Origin: a virus
DNA length: 64,000 bases
Reading direction: 5' to 3' (one strand)
IMG/VR virus record: IMGVR_UViG_3300045988_175328
Location: 160,001 to 224,000 of that record
Below are positions 1 to 10,100 of the stretch, piece after piece. Within the stretch, counting starts at the first letter, position 1. Each line of letters starts with the position of its first letter. The translations under genes and the position numbers were made by a program. The notes below the pieces were generated by a model. It saw only the letters and a list, made by a program, of their open reading frames with translations. It ran no database searches and was not told the DNA's origin.

Positions 1-225
1 CAAGCTAACGGTAAAAACCTAAGTCTATTTAGATATGGAAATACCGTGCCAAGCCTCATGTTGAGGAAGGTGTAACGACTATGGATGATGAGTGTAATCC
101 AGTAGAGGAACCAAGGTGAAAGACCAAATTCGAAGCGCACGACAACCATTTTGGTTGAAGAGATAGTCTACTCCCCTAAGAAATATCGGGAAACCGAGGG
201 TATCAAGGAAAAAGAAGCAAGAACT
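1..225 (+). other. 3' part of a group I intron interrupting the DNA polymerase III alpha gene (5' part outside window; exact 3' splice site uncertain)
   Basis: Core strings ctaacggt...aataccgtgccaag...ggtgtaacgacta...gaagagatagtcta match P4/P6/P3/P7 of group I introns and resemble the second intron at 428-771. Confidence 0.75.
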
Positions 226-226
226 A

Positions 227-427
227 ATGCCTATGCTTATTCGTTGCCATATCTATGGCAAGAAAAACATAGAAGGCCCTGAAGGGTGGGAGAACGATAG
301 CAAAGCTCCATGGTATGATCCAAAAGGTAAGTACGGACCTGAAATAAAAGGAGCTCTAGCTAACGGATATACCGAGGAAGAGATGATAAATTATTTTGAA
401 TATATCGATGGATTCAGCAGTTACGCT
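227..427 (+). CDS. dnaE: DNA polymerase III alpha subunit (DnaE-like), internal exon; 5' boundary approximate
   Basis: Encodes ...GPEIKGALANGYTEEEMINYFEYIDGFSSYA, which joins in frame to FNQSHAAAYSY (DnaE 'F..YGFNKSHAAAY' region). Confidence 0.75.
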
Positions 428-771
428 TAATAATAGGGCGCATTAATAAAGAAATTTATTAATGAAAATGGGATAAACCTTTTTAGGGTGTCGATTTAAT
501 TGTCGGCTAACGGTAGAAGTTAAATAAGCAAACGACGAATACGCTTCCTAAGAGATGCTACGGTCCACATTGTGGATAGCAGCCAATACCGTGCCAATCT
601 AAAATCTTAGCCTTTAGTGATTTTAGCAGGTGTAGAGACTAACAGGTGAGTAGCTAAAACAATAAGCCTGACATGAACATCCCACATCTTAAATAGAGAT
701 GAAGAGATAGTCCGATACTCATGAATAACAGTAATGAGAGTATGAGATAAAGAGCTCATATGTAACGAATG
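428..771 (+). other. Group I intron (344 nt, no ORF)
   Basis: 5' exon ends in T (TAC GCT), intron ends in G; core ctaacggt...aataccgtgccaa...gcaggtgtagagacta...gaagagatagtccg; removal gives Y-A-F-N-Q-S-H-A. Confidence 0.85.
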
Positions 772-1566
772 TTTAATCAGTCACATGCTGCCGCATATTC
801 ATATAATACATTTCTTACAGCATGGTTAAAGTATTATTATCCGGCCGAATTCTTTGCGGCTCATCTTTCTATGCAAGATACAAAAGATCTTTATAAATAT
901 TTACCGATCGTAAGGAAAGCTGGTATCGAAATAAAATGTCCAGATATTAATAAATCTGGAGAGAACTTTTTGCCACAAGGTAAAAGTATTTTATTCGGCT
1001 TAGGCAGTGTCAATACAATTGGAGGGAAGGCGTTAAATGCTATTATGACGAACCGCCCATTCTCTTCGATTGAAGATCTTGATAGTAAGGTATCTGGCCG
1101 TGAATTAAATAAAAGAAGTATTAATTATTTAATTCAGGCTGGTGCTTTTGATTTTGAAGATGCAAACCGAAAGGTAGTTGCTAATAAATTTGCTGATCTT
1201 CGTAAAGATACTAAAATATATCTTGAAGAACCTATGACCGAAAAAGAATACATGGAGATGGAAAGTAACAGTATTGGATTCCCTGTAACATATCTTCCAG
1301 AATGGTATCATCTTGAACTAGGAGACACTCCTTTCTTCAAGATAAAAGTAGCTGCTGTTAATGAACGAAATGATCGTTCTGGTAATTTAATGGCGTTTTT
1401 AGAACTTGATGTTGGAGGCGGCGTACTAATCGATGCCGTAGCATTTAGTTCTATATACACTACTAACTTAAGTTACCTTCGAAAAGATAGCGAGATATTT
1501 GTATCCGGCAAAAAAGATAGTGAATCTAAATTTGTTCTTAAAAAAATAAGTCTTACTGGTGAGTAA
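772..1566 (+). CDS. dnaE: DNA polymerase III alpha subunit (DnaE-like), C-terminal exon
   Basis: FNQSHAAAYSYNTFLTAWLKYYYPAEFFAAHLS...CPDINKSGENF...ILFGLGSVNTIGG...LNKRSINYLIQAGAFD is typical of DnaE. Confidence 0.93.
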   Translation, partial: FNQSHAAAYSYNTFLTAWLKYYYPAEFFAAHLSMQDTKDLYKYLPIVRKAGIEIKCPDINKSGENFLPQGKSILFGLGSVNTIGGKALNAIMTNRPFSSIEDLDSKVSGRELNKRSINYLIQAGAFDFEDANRKVVANKFADLRKDTKIYLEEPMTEKEYMEMESNSIGFPVTYLPEWYHLELGDTPFFKIKVAAVNERNDRSGNLMAFLELDVGGGVLIDAVAFSSIYTTNLSYLRKDSEIFVSGKKDSESKFVLKKISLTGE

Positions 1567-1570
1567 TAAA

Positions 1571-1622
1571 AGAACCGTGGAAATATATGCTTTTAAGCGT
1601 AGACTTCCACGGTTCTTTCTGT
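1571..1622 (+). terminator. Rho-independent-like terminator after dnaE
   Basis: AGAACCGTGGAA ... TTCCACGGTTCTTTCT inverted repeat. Confidence 0.7.
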
Positions 1623-1671
1623 AATATAGAATCGTTATTTTTAAAATTTAATTTTTAAAGGAAATTAATAT

Positions 1672-2409
1672 ATGTCAAATATAAAAGGAAATATTGTTGT
1701 TAACGATCCCGCCTCTGGCAATAATCGGGTCTTCAATCCTAAGACTGAAGCAAGCCAAGTATATTTTGCCGACGGCGAAACGTTAGAACAAAAATTTAAA
1801 AAATGGATTCCAGATCATGCATTACTATCTGATCGTGCAGGTACTGCTGATCGTAGTGATCTAAGCGAAGATACTCGTAAATTTATGGGGCATCCTATCG
1901 AAGATTTTTTAATGCGAGAAGAATTGCTATCTGCTATCTACAAAGCTATCGATATGATGGAATGGAAACCTAGTGTTGAACACCTTGAAGATCTAGCTGT
2001 TACTTATCCCAACGCTAAAGCTGGAGATCTTGCGATGGTTCGCGGTGGAGATCCTGCTGGAAGCATTTATCGATTCGATGGAAACCATTGGGTACTAGCT
2101 GTTCGTGCTGGCGAAACTGTTATTCCAAATAATGTAATCGATAAAATTAATAAAGCCTCTGTAATTCGCAAAAAAGAATTCAGCAACGCTGATTGGATAA
2201 AACAAGGCGACAATGATTACACATTATCGATTCGATTATTCGGCGCTGAAATTTTACAAGTATATGCAAGCGATAACAATATTAATAAAATTAGCACTAT
2301 TACTCCAGAGTATAATGATAATAATGTTGTGATTCGCAGCATCGAGCCAGAGTCTGGATATATTCTTTACTACTTAAAAGATGAGCCTATTACTATCGAA
2401 AGAAATTAA
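1672..2409 (+). CDS. Phage tail/fibre-like structural protein
   Basis: ORF with SD; GDLAMVRGGDPAGSIYRFDGNHWVL motif typical of tail fibre/tip modules; lies in tail cluster. Confidence 0.45.
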   Translation: MSNIKGNIVVNDPASGNNRVFNPKTEASQVYFADGETLEQKFKKWIPDHALLSDRAGTADRSDLSEDTRKFMGHPIEDFLMREELLSAIYKAIDMMEWKPSVEHLEDLAVTYPNAKAGDLAMVRGGDPAGSIYRFDGNHWVLAVRAGETVIPNNVIDKINKASVIRKKEFSNADWIKQGDNDYTLSIRLFGAEILQVYASDNNINKISTITPEYNDNNVVIRSIEPESGYILYYLKDEPITIERN

Positions 2410-2411
2410 CT

Positions 2412-3224
2412 ATGATTAAATTCTTAAATGGAAAATCTACATCTCACGATATTTCAATAAAGATACTCGAATTATTAAAACAAATCGATGTCGTTAAACT
2501 GTATCCGTCAGACAACATTCTAACAAAAGGTTCTGTTAAGGATTACTTCGATAATTTTAAAGATAGAATAAAAACATTTAAAGATAATGTATCTAATAAT
2601 TTTGACGCTCTTAAAGAATATATTAATTCTAAGTTAGATCTATATCCTACAAAAAAAGAAGCAGATGCAAAGTATGAAAATCTAGCAAATAAAAAAGATT
2701 TCGTTAGAAAAAATGAAATTAATTCTTTTTTTAGTACTTTATTGCTTAATACAAATCAAACATTATCTTTAAATAATACTAGCGGTCCATTAATTAAAAC
2801 TCCAGATTTTTCAATGGAAGTTAGACCTAATTTAATTAAAATAAAAAATAGCGCCGGGAAAGATTTGTTTACTATAGAAAATGGAGTGTTTAAATTAAAC
2901 GGAAAAACAGTTCTTTTAGATAAAGAAAATTTAAGTACTCCTGGCTGGACATTATTGCCAGGATCAGTTAATATTCCTCCTAAAACAAAAATACCATTAA
3001 GCGGAATTAGCTTTAATGATCTGTTAATTATTTATAAATACTGGGACGCGGAAGACAGTAATGATCATCCTTTAGTTGCGCATATTCCATATTATTCTGT
3101 TGCTGGCGATAGGATTTTTAATCAACATTTGCTTTATAAAATTGAAGTAACAAGAGATTATATTATGGAGATAAGCGATATTAAAGCGTCTGGCGCTAAA
3201 TTTTTGGGGGTATATTATCGATGA
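2412..3224 (+). CDS. Tail/fibre-like paralog 1
   Basis: ORF; YPTKKEADAKYENL coiled-coil segment; 'LFTIENGVFKLNGKTVLLDKENLS'; C-terminus GVYYR; overlaps next gene by ATGA. Confidence 0.45.
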   Translation: MIKFLNGKSTSHDISIKILELLKQIDVVKLYPSDNILTKGSVKDYFDNFKDRIKTFKDNVSNNFDALKEYINSKLDLYPTKKEADAKYENLANKKDFVRKNEINSFFSTLLLNTNQTLSLNNTSGPLIKTPDFSMEVRPNLIKIKNSAGKDLFTIENGVFKLNGKTVLLDKENLSTPGWTLLPGSVNIPPKTKIPLSGISFNDLLIIYKYWDAEDSNDHPLVAHIPYYSVAGDRIFNQHLLYKIEVTRDYIMEISDIKASGAKFLGVYYR

Positions 3225-4081
3225 ATTTAAATAATAAAGACGCTCAAAATAAAGAAATAATTAAGATACATGATTTTGTCGAAGAGAATGTCGTCCCAAA
3301 AATAGAATCTATTTCAAATATCGATCGAATTAATAAATTTAAAAATGAATATGGTTCTGAAATTAAATTATTTAAATCAAAACTGCAACGTAAATTCTAT
3401 GAATTTATCGATAGTTTAAATGTTAAATTAAAAAATATTTATACAAAAATTGAATCTGATAGACTTTTCATTAGAAAAGAAGATAAAGAAAATTTTGTTG
3501 ACCGATCTACAAAGTGGACTACAAATAAAACACAATTATTTAAAGATGGTGCTTTTTTAAATATTTCAGATCGAACAGATACACTCATGCTTTTAAATGG
3601 CGTTAAGTTTGTTTTAGACGGAAACAAAATAAAATTTATTAATCCTGATGGAAGTGAAATATATTCTTACGATCCAGATACTGAAACACAATATGTTCAT
3701 GGCAAAGAAGTTGTTTCTCTTACCGAAAAAGTAGTTTCTGGTGGATTATGGAAAACAATTCCAAATTCTTCGGCTGATCAATTGAATCAGAAGATAATGT
3801 TACCTAGTTATTTTAATGATTTAATGATCGTTTATTATCGAGGTCAAAATAGTTGGTATTGGCCACCAAAAGGTCCTCTTTATGAACAACTTTGTCGACC
3901 AGAATTGCCAATAAAATTCTATACAATTTATGGGAAGTTAGGAATTGAAGTGACAAAAGAACATGTTAAGATAACATCTAAAGGCCCAGGCATGTTTGCT
4001 TCTGCATGGCCAGAAAATATAGATGGAAACAAGTTAAGTAAAAAAGATGAAGTAAAAATCTTAAAGGTGCTTTATCGATGA
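3221..4081 (+). CDS. Tail/fibre-like paralog 2
   Basis: ORF; same architecture as neighbours, C-terminus KVLYR; ATGA overlap. Confidence 0.45.
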   Translation: MNLNNKDAQNKEIIKIHDFVEENVVPKIESISNIDRINKFKNEYGSEIKLFKSKLQRKFYEFIDSLNVKLKNIYTKIESDRLFIRKEDKENFVDRSTKWTTNKTQLFKDGAFLNISDRTDTLMLLNGVKFVLDGNKIKFINPDGSEIYSYDPDTETQYVHGKEVVSLTEKVVSGGLWKTIPNSSADQLNQKIMLPSYFNDLMIVYYRGQNSWYWPPKGPLYEQLCRPELPIKFYTIYGKLGIEVTKEHVKITSKGPGMFASAWPENIDGNKLSKKDEVKILKVLYR

Positions 4082-5157
4082 TTGATTTTTTAAAAACTAC
4101 ATTAGAACAAATAAGAGCCTTACGGCGGCAAATCTTTTTGTTTAACAAACTAGAAAGTATTGTAAATGATCGCGGCTCTTTTAACGTTTTCAATGAAGCT
4201 GCAAAATATTTAGAAAAATTACTTACCGATACTACTTCTGATTTTTCTGATCAAATCCAAAAACTTCGAGATAAGTTTAATAATGATATGCTCAATTATT
4301 ATCAAACTTCTGAAGCTGATGAAAGATATCTTCTCAAATCAGAAGGTGAAAATTATCTTAAATTTTCAAAACCATCGATGAATAATATTATAGAAATTAA
4401 TTCAGGCGACTCTCCCGCTATTGAATTCAAGTCTAGATCTAAACCATATTTTAAAATTAAAGAGATCGAAATTACAGGATTTCCTTTTAAAATTTTAAAA
4501 AATGGTGTGCCGATATTCGAACTTGACAATCTTGGAATTAAATCTAATAAGAAAACTATTGTTACTGAAGAAAATATGTCTTCTTTTATAAAAATGACAG
4601 ATTGGAAAATAGCACAAGTAAAAGATGGTCATTTATTCGAAATTCCTTCTGATCAATTTAATGAATATTGGATGGCTCCAAAGAACAATAACTGGACTAA
4701 CTCATTCTATGTTTATGTGAAAAATACTTTATCTATGGAAATGAATTCAACTGTTTTAGATGAAGATGTTACAAAAGAAGGAAATCTTCCAATGACAGGA
4801 TCTCCATATTATGCATTCTGGTATCCTCAAAATAAAGTTCAATGGGGTTCTGTCTTAGTTAAATATGAAAAAGCATGGGACGAAATGGAATGGAAAACAA
4901 GAACTGGAGTTCCGGCAGATTATGTTTTACAACCTGGCGAGCGATATGGAACCGAATGGAAAAGAAAACATAAATGGAAAGGATATCATCCATATGAACG
5001 AAGAGACTGGGTTGATTATCAAGTATTAAAAGCTCATCATCCTGGAAAAATAACATTTGATATACGAGAGCTTTATTCTCAACGACGAAAACATCGGCAT
5101 TCTAGAAATGAACAATGGGATTATGCTGGCGGATATTATGATGTATATTGGAGATAA
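4078..5157 (+). CDS. Tail/fibre-like paralog 3
   Basis: ORF; 'YYQTSEADERYLLKSEGE' and 'NGVPIFELDNLGIKSNKKTIVTEENM'; C-terminus DVYWR. Confidence 0.45.
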   Translation: MIDFLKTTLEQIRALRRQIFLFNKLESIVNDRGSFNVFNEAAKYLEKLLTDTTSDFSDQIQKLRDKFNNDMLNYYQTSEADERYLLKSEGENYLKFSKPSMNNIIEINSGDSPAIEFKSRSKPYFKIKEIEITGFPFKILKNGVPIFELDNLGIKSNKKTIVTEENMSSFIKMTDWKIAQVKDGHLFEIPSDQFNEYWMAPKNNNWTNSFYVYVKNTLSMEMNSTVLDEDVTKEGNLPMTGSPYYAFWYPQNKVQWGSVLVKYEKAWDEMEWKTRTGVPADYVLQPGERYGTEWKRKHKWKGYHPYERRDWVDYQVLKAHHPGKITFDIRELYSQRRKHRHSRNEQWDYAGGYYDVYWR

Positions 5158-5160
5158 TAA

Positions 5161-5673
5161 ATGGATTTAAAAACAATAAAAGAATATATCGATGAACTAA
5201 AACAATCGATACAAAAATTAAAAACAGAACAAATTACTTCTCCAACATATATTGCCACCGATACTGTTCGTGAAAAGCTATTTACTAAAAACCAAACTAT
5301 TGAGTTTTTACGTTCCATTAAAGCGAAACTTTCAGAGATCTCAATTAACGATCTTTCGATTGCTGATAATTCTATTCGTAAGAGTAGATTCACTATTACG
5401 TTCGGTAAAGATCTTTTAGTTAATAACAATAAAGTTCTAACCGAGAATATGAGCCGCGTCAATAAATTTAAGTATTATAAGAAAGAAGAGCTTGAAAATG
5501 GTGAATATTATTTGCTATTTAATTTAAGTCCTTTCTATGAGCCATATTTACTGTTCTTTGCTGGCGATAATATCGAAACTAATTTATTTACAATCATTGA
5601 CCGTAAAATAACTTCAAAATATACATTCACTATTCAGAAACGGGAGAATACTACTATCGATGGAAATCAATAA
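5161..5673 (+). CDS. Tail/fibre-like paralog 4
   Basis: ORF; 'FGKDLLVNNNKVLTENMS' matches the module of the neighbours. Confidence 0.4.
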   Translation: MDLKTIKEYIDELKQSIQKLKTEQITSPTYIATDTVREKLFTKNQTIEFLRSIKAKLSEISINDLSIADNSIRKSRFTITFGKDLLVNNNKVLTENMSRVNKFKYYKKEELENGEYYLLFNLSPFYEPYLLFFAGDNIETNLFTIIDRKITSKYTFTIQKRENTTIDGNQ

Positions 5674-6172
5674 TCAATTATTCGACCTAGTTTCTCTAGA
5701 CAAGGAAACTCGAGAACTTGAAAAAATATTAATCGATGATATCGATTTCCTTATGAGTGAATTGTCGAATAAATATAAACAAGAACACACATTTGATCAA
5801 GATACACTTCTTAAGCAAGAAGAAGATGCAATTTGTAATATCGATACATTAATGACAAATACGACAGAAGGAAATATCACTATTACTGATGATTCCTTAA
5901 GTATTGGTAGTAATGTATTATCTTCAAAAACATATAATAATAATAAATTAGTGTTTGATACAACACCAATTTTTACGTGGACACAAGTTCCACTTAATAA
6001 AACGATTCCTTTAGGCGAGTATACCGAGATATTAATTAAAAGTGACTTTGGCGACATTTTCTTGTTAAATAAAGCTGGTCACTATAAAAAAGAAACTTTG
6101 TATCTTGAAATTCTTGGCAACTACTTAATAATCGACAACCTATCTTTAATAAAAGGAGTCTATCTACGATAA
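5660..6172 (+). CDS. Tail/fibre-like paralog 5
   Basis: ORF; C-terminus KGVYLR. Confidence 0.4.
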   Translation: MEINNQLFDLVSLDKETRELEKILIDDIDFLMSELSNKYKQEHTFDQDTLLKQEEDAICNIDTLMTNTTEGNITITDDSLSIGSNVLSSKTYNNNKLVFDTTPIFTWTQVPLNKTIPLGEYTEILIKSDFGDIFLLNKAGHYKKETLYLEILGNYLIIDNLSLIKGVYLR

Positions 6173-6173
6173 T

Positions 6174-6704
6174 ATGAAAAAACTATCGATGGATTCATTA
6201 TTTACTAGACTTCAAAAATTAGCCGCCATCTTAGATGAAATTCCCGATAAAATCATTAGTAATGAAGACATTATTATCGGGAATGACGGCTTAAAGTCAA
6301 GTAATATAAACACGGACTATGTTCCGAAAACAGCTTTCGTCGATATGATTTCGGCGTCAAAATTAAATGCAAAATCACTCGTCGTAAATCACTTCGATTT
6401 CTATGATGGTGATATACATTTCGGTCCACACACATTACATATCGACGACGAACCTGTTATCGATGAAAAAAAAGTTGTCCTTGAGAATACTGTTAAAGAA
6501 ACAACTCATTTACTTCATCAATCGATACTTAATTTAAAAGAAGAACTCATAATTCTTACGAATCATGGGTTTTTTATTTTACCAAAAAATGAAATCGTCG
6601 ACAATGCAATTATCCCGAATCTTGGTATTATCCGTCTCATAGATAATGTGATTTCGATTCGAACCGATCGCGATATCGAAATTAAAGGAGCTTTTACACG
6701 ATGA
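6174..6704 (+). CDS. Tail/fibre-like paralog 6
   Basis: ORF; 'HFGPHTLHIDDEPVIDEKKVVLENT'; C-terminus KGAFTR. Confidence 0.4.
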   Translation: MKKLSMDSLFTRLQKLAAILDEIPDKIISNEDIIIGNDGLKSSNINTDYVPKTAFVDMISASKLNAKSLVVNHFDFYDGDIHFGPHTLHIDDEPVIDEKKVVLENTVKETTHLLHQSILNLKEELIILTNHGFFILPKNEIVDNAIIPNLGIIRLIDNVISIRTDRDIEIKGAFTR

Positions 6705-7120
6705 AACATTTTATTGATCAAGCTTCATTGAACGAAACAAGTATTGAATACTTAGTCTATAAGTTAAATGAAGTCATCCGAAATCTTAATAACAAACCCG
6801 ATATTCATGATCTTGAGTACTGGGAAGATTATTTCTCTAAAATAAAAGCCCGCGAAGAAAATCTTACGTATGAAGATATTCTCGAAGGGCTTAAAAATAA
6901 GCCTAGCTTTAGCGAAGTACGCGAAGAAATTCGTGCCGAACTTACTAAGCTTATTGACGAAATTAACCAACGTATCTACCAGCCATCTCTCGAACAATTA
7001 CTTCGAGTTATCGGCGATAGTTTACAGGAACATATTCAACGAATGGCGCAACAATATCTTGATCGTTCAATCAACGATATTAAAGAACAATTAAGCGCTG
7101 AAATTATTTACTGGTCCTAG
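6701..7120 (+). CDS. Small helical tail-cluster protein
   Basis: ORF overlapping previous by ATGA. Confidence 0.4.
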   Translation: MKHFIDQASLNETSIEYLVYKLNEVIRNLNNKPDIHDLEYWEDYFSKIKAREENLTYEDILEGLKNKPSFSEVREEIRAELTKLIDEINQRIYQPSLEQLLRVIGDSLQEHIQRMAQQYLDRSINDIKEQLSAEIIYWS

Positions 7121-7128
7121 GAGAACAA

Positions 7129-10100
7129 ATGCTTAAATCTAGAATCCATTTTGGCCTTTACGATCCTCGTAAAGATAGAGGTATTAATTTTAATGGTGGC
7201 AACGGTGGAAGTGTTACGCCATCTGCACCTACAACAGATTTAACTGACTTGTCTAATGCTGTTAAAGCTGCCGATCAAGCTGTTAAAGCTGCTGAACAAA
7301 AATTAGCAGAAACGAAAGCGACTGCTGATTCTAATAAAGAAAAAACGGCTGAAAATAACTCCTTAGCCAAAGCTGCTCAAGCTGCTGCTGATGTAGCAAA
7401 AGCTTCTGCAGAACTTGCGAAAGCTGAAGCAGCTGCGGCCAAGGCGAAAGGTGAAGAAGCTGTTGGTCTTGCAAATGCTGGCACAGCTAAAGCAAACGAA
7501 GTCGAAGCTAAAGCTCAAGAAGCTAAAGTTGCGGCCGATGCTGCTAAAGAAGCTGCTGATGCTGCTAAAGCTGCGATCGAAGAAGTCAAAGCATTAGCTC
7601 AAGAAGCTAAACAAAAAGCAGAACAAGCTGCTGCCGGTAATGCAACTCCAAGTGCTCCTGCATCTGATCCAGCTGCTGCTCGAAAAGCTGAAGAAGCGAA
7701 ACAAGAAGCCGCTGCCGCTAAAGCTGCTGTTGAAGAAGCTAAACCAAAAGTTGAAGCTGCAAAACAAGCTGCCGATGAAGCAAAAGCAAAAGCTGAAGAA
7801 TTAGGCCCTAAAATTGAAGAAGCCAAAACTCTTGCACGTAAAGCTCAAGAAGATGCTAACCTTGCAAAAGCTGGCCTCGAAGAAGTTAAACCTAAAATTG
7901 ATGCAGCGAAACAAACTGCTGAAGATGCTAAAACTAAAGCTGATGAAGCTAAAGCTGCAATCGACGGTCTTAAAGAAAAGAACGACGAATTAAAACAAAA
8001 AGTTAACGAAGCATTAACAGCTGTTCAAGGTCAAAACGACGGCATCTCTGAAGCTAAAACTAAAGCTGCCGATGCTCTTGGAAAAGCTAACGAAACTCTT
8101 CAAAAATTCCCAGTTCTCGATGCTAAAGTCGATACAGCAAAAGAAGTAGCGGAAGCTGCTAAAGCAAAAGCTAACGAAGTAGAAGCTATTGCTAATGCTG
8201 CGAACGAAGCTGCATTGGCAACTAATCGTGCTATCAGTGAATTAACTCCTAAAGTTGAAGAAGCTAAAACTCTTGCAACAGAAGCAAAAGAAAAAGCTAA
8301 CGAAGTCGAAGGTAAGGCTACTGAAGCTAAAACTGCAGCTGGTGAAGCTACAGCTAAAGCCGAAGCTGCCGACACTAAAGCACAAGGAGTTAAAGAAGCT
8401 GTCGACACTTTAAAACAAGAAATTGCAGCCGATAAAGAAAATATCAAAGCTACTTACTTACCTAAAACAGAAGCAGCTGCTATGTATCAACCTAAAGGTG
8501 AATACGTATCCTTAACAGAACTTGCTGAAAAGATTCGTGAAGCTAATGACGGTGATCTAAAAGCAACTGATGCTGACGCTAAATATGCGACTAAAGCTGA
8601 GATCGAAGCTCTTAATAAAGCAATGACTCCTGAAGCAGTCGCTCAAATTAAAAAAGCAATCCAAGTTCTTCAAGACAATCCTGACTTGATGGAACAAATC
8701 GCTAAGAAAGCGAATGCTGATACAGTTTATACTAAAGAACAAATGGATCACGATCTTCAAGAATTACGTAAATTAATTACTGATCTTGAAACTAAAGTTA
8801 AAGAACCAGGCGAAGCTCCTGATTTAACTCAATTCGTTAAACTTTCTGAATTAAGTGAAAAAGTATTAGCCCTTGTCGACTTAACTCCTTACTTAACAAA
8901 AGAAGAAGCTGAGCGTACATATCTTAAAAAAGTTGATCTTCCAGATATCGAAGCTATCAAAACTCAACTTGCAACTAAACTTGACGAAAGTGCATTGCAA
9001 ACAGTTACTCAAACTCTTGAGTTATTAGTGACTGATGTACAAGCTAATAAAGCTGACGTTCTTAAATATAAACAACAAATCACTGAAGCTAACGATAATG
9101 CAGCTGCTGCTAAAGCAAAAGCAGAAGGATTAGAACCTCGCGTAGCTGGTATCGAAGAAAAACAAGAATTTGTTAAACGTACCGTAATGGAAGCTTCTGC
9201 AAAAGCTGATGCCGCTGGAGGACAAATTCAATCTATTCGCGAGTTCATCGATAATTTACATGTTCCTGAAGTTAGCGGTTTCGCAACTAAAAAAGAAGTT
9301 GCAGGCAAGGCCGATAAATCTCAATTAGAAGCTCTTGCTACTAAAGAAGAATTAGGTGCTAAAGCAAATGCAAGCGACTTAACTTCTTTGGCAACTAAAG
9401 AAGAAGTAGCAGCTAAAGCAAACGCTTCTGATTTAACTTCTTTAGCCACTAAAGAAGAAGTAGCGGCTAAAGCAAACGCAAGTGACTTGACTTCTTTGGC
9501 TACTAAAGAAGAATTACAAGCTAAAGCTAATGCAAGTGATTTAACTTCTCTTGCTACAAAAGAAGAGTTAGCTACTAAAGCTAATGCATCTGACTTAACA
9601 CCTTTAGCGACAAAAGAAGAAGTTAATGCTGTCGATACTAAAGCTACTGGATTAACAACTCGCGTTGAAACTTTAGAAAATGCAACTCACTTCACAAAAG
9701 CTGAAGCTGATGAAGCATATCAACCAAAAGGCGAATATGCTCTTAAATCTCAATTAGATGCAATTGCTGGTCTTGACTCTGCAACTGTTGAAAAATTAAA
9801 AGCTATGCTTACCGATTTAGAAGCGAACGGCAACGTTGCTGCTATTGTTGAAAAACTTGGTAAAGTATACACTAAAGAAGAAGCTAATGGCTTACTTGCA
9901 GCTCTTGCTACTAAAGAAGAAATTGCTGATGTTGTTAAATCTCCAGCTCTTGCGGCTTTAAAACAAGAGTTAGAAACAGCTATCGAAGCAAATGCTACGA
10001 AAGAAGAATTAGCAGCTAAGGCAAACGCTAGTGACTTGACTCCTCTTGCTACTAAAGAAGAGCTTACTGCTAAAGCTCAAGAGTTAACAACAGTTATCGA

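Noticed and set aside
7599-8760. Minus-strand ORFs (7599-7826, 8100-8447, 8557-8760) opposite the giant fibre
   Set aside because: They mirror the repetitive GCT/AAA codon use of the plus-strand gene, lack SDs and give low-complexity A/S/F-rich peptides.
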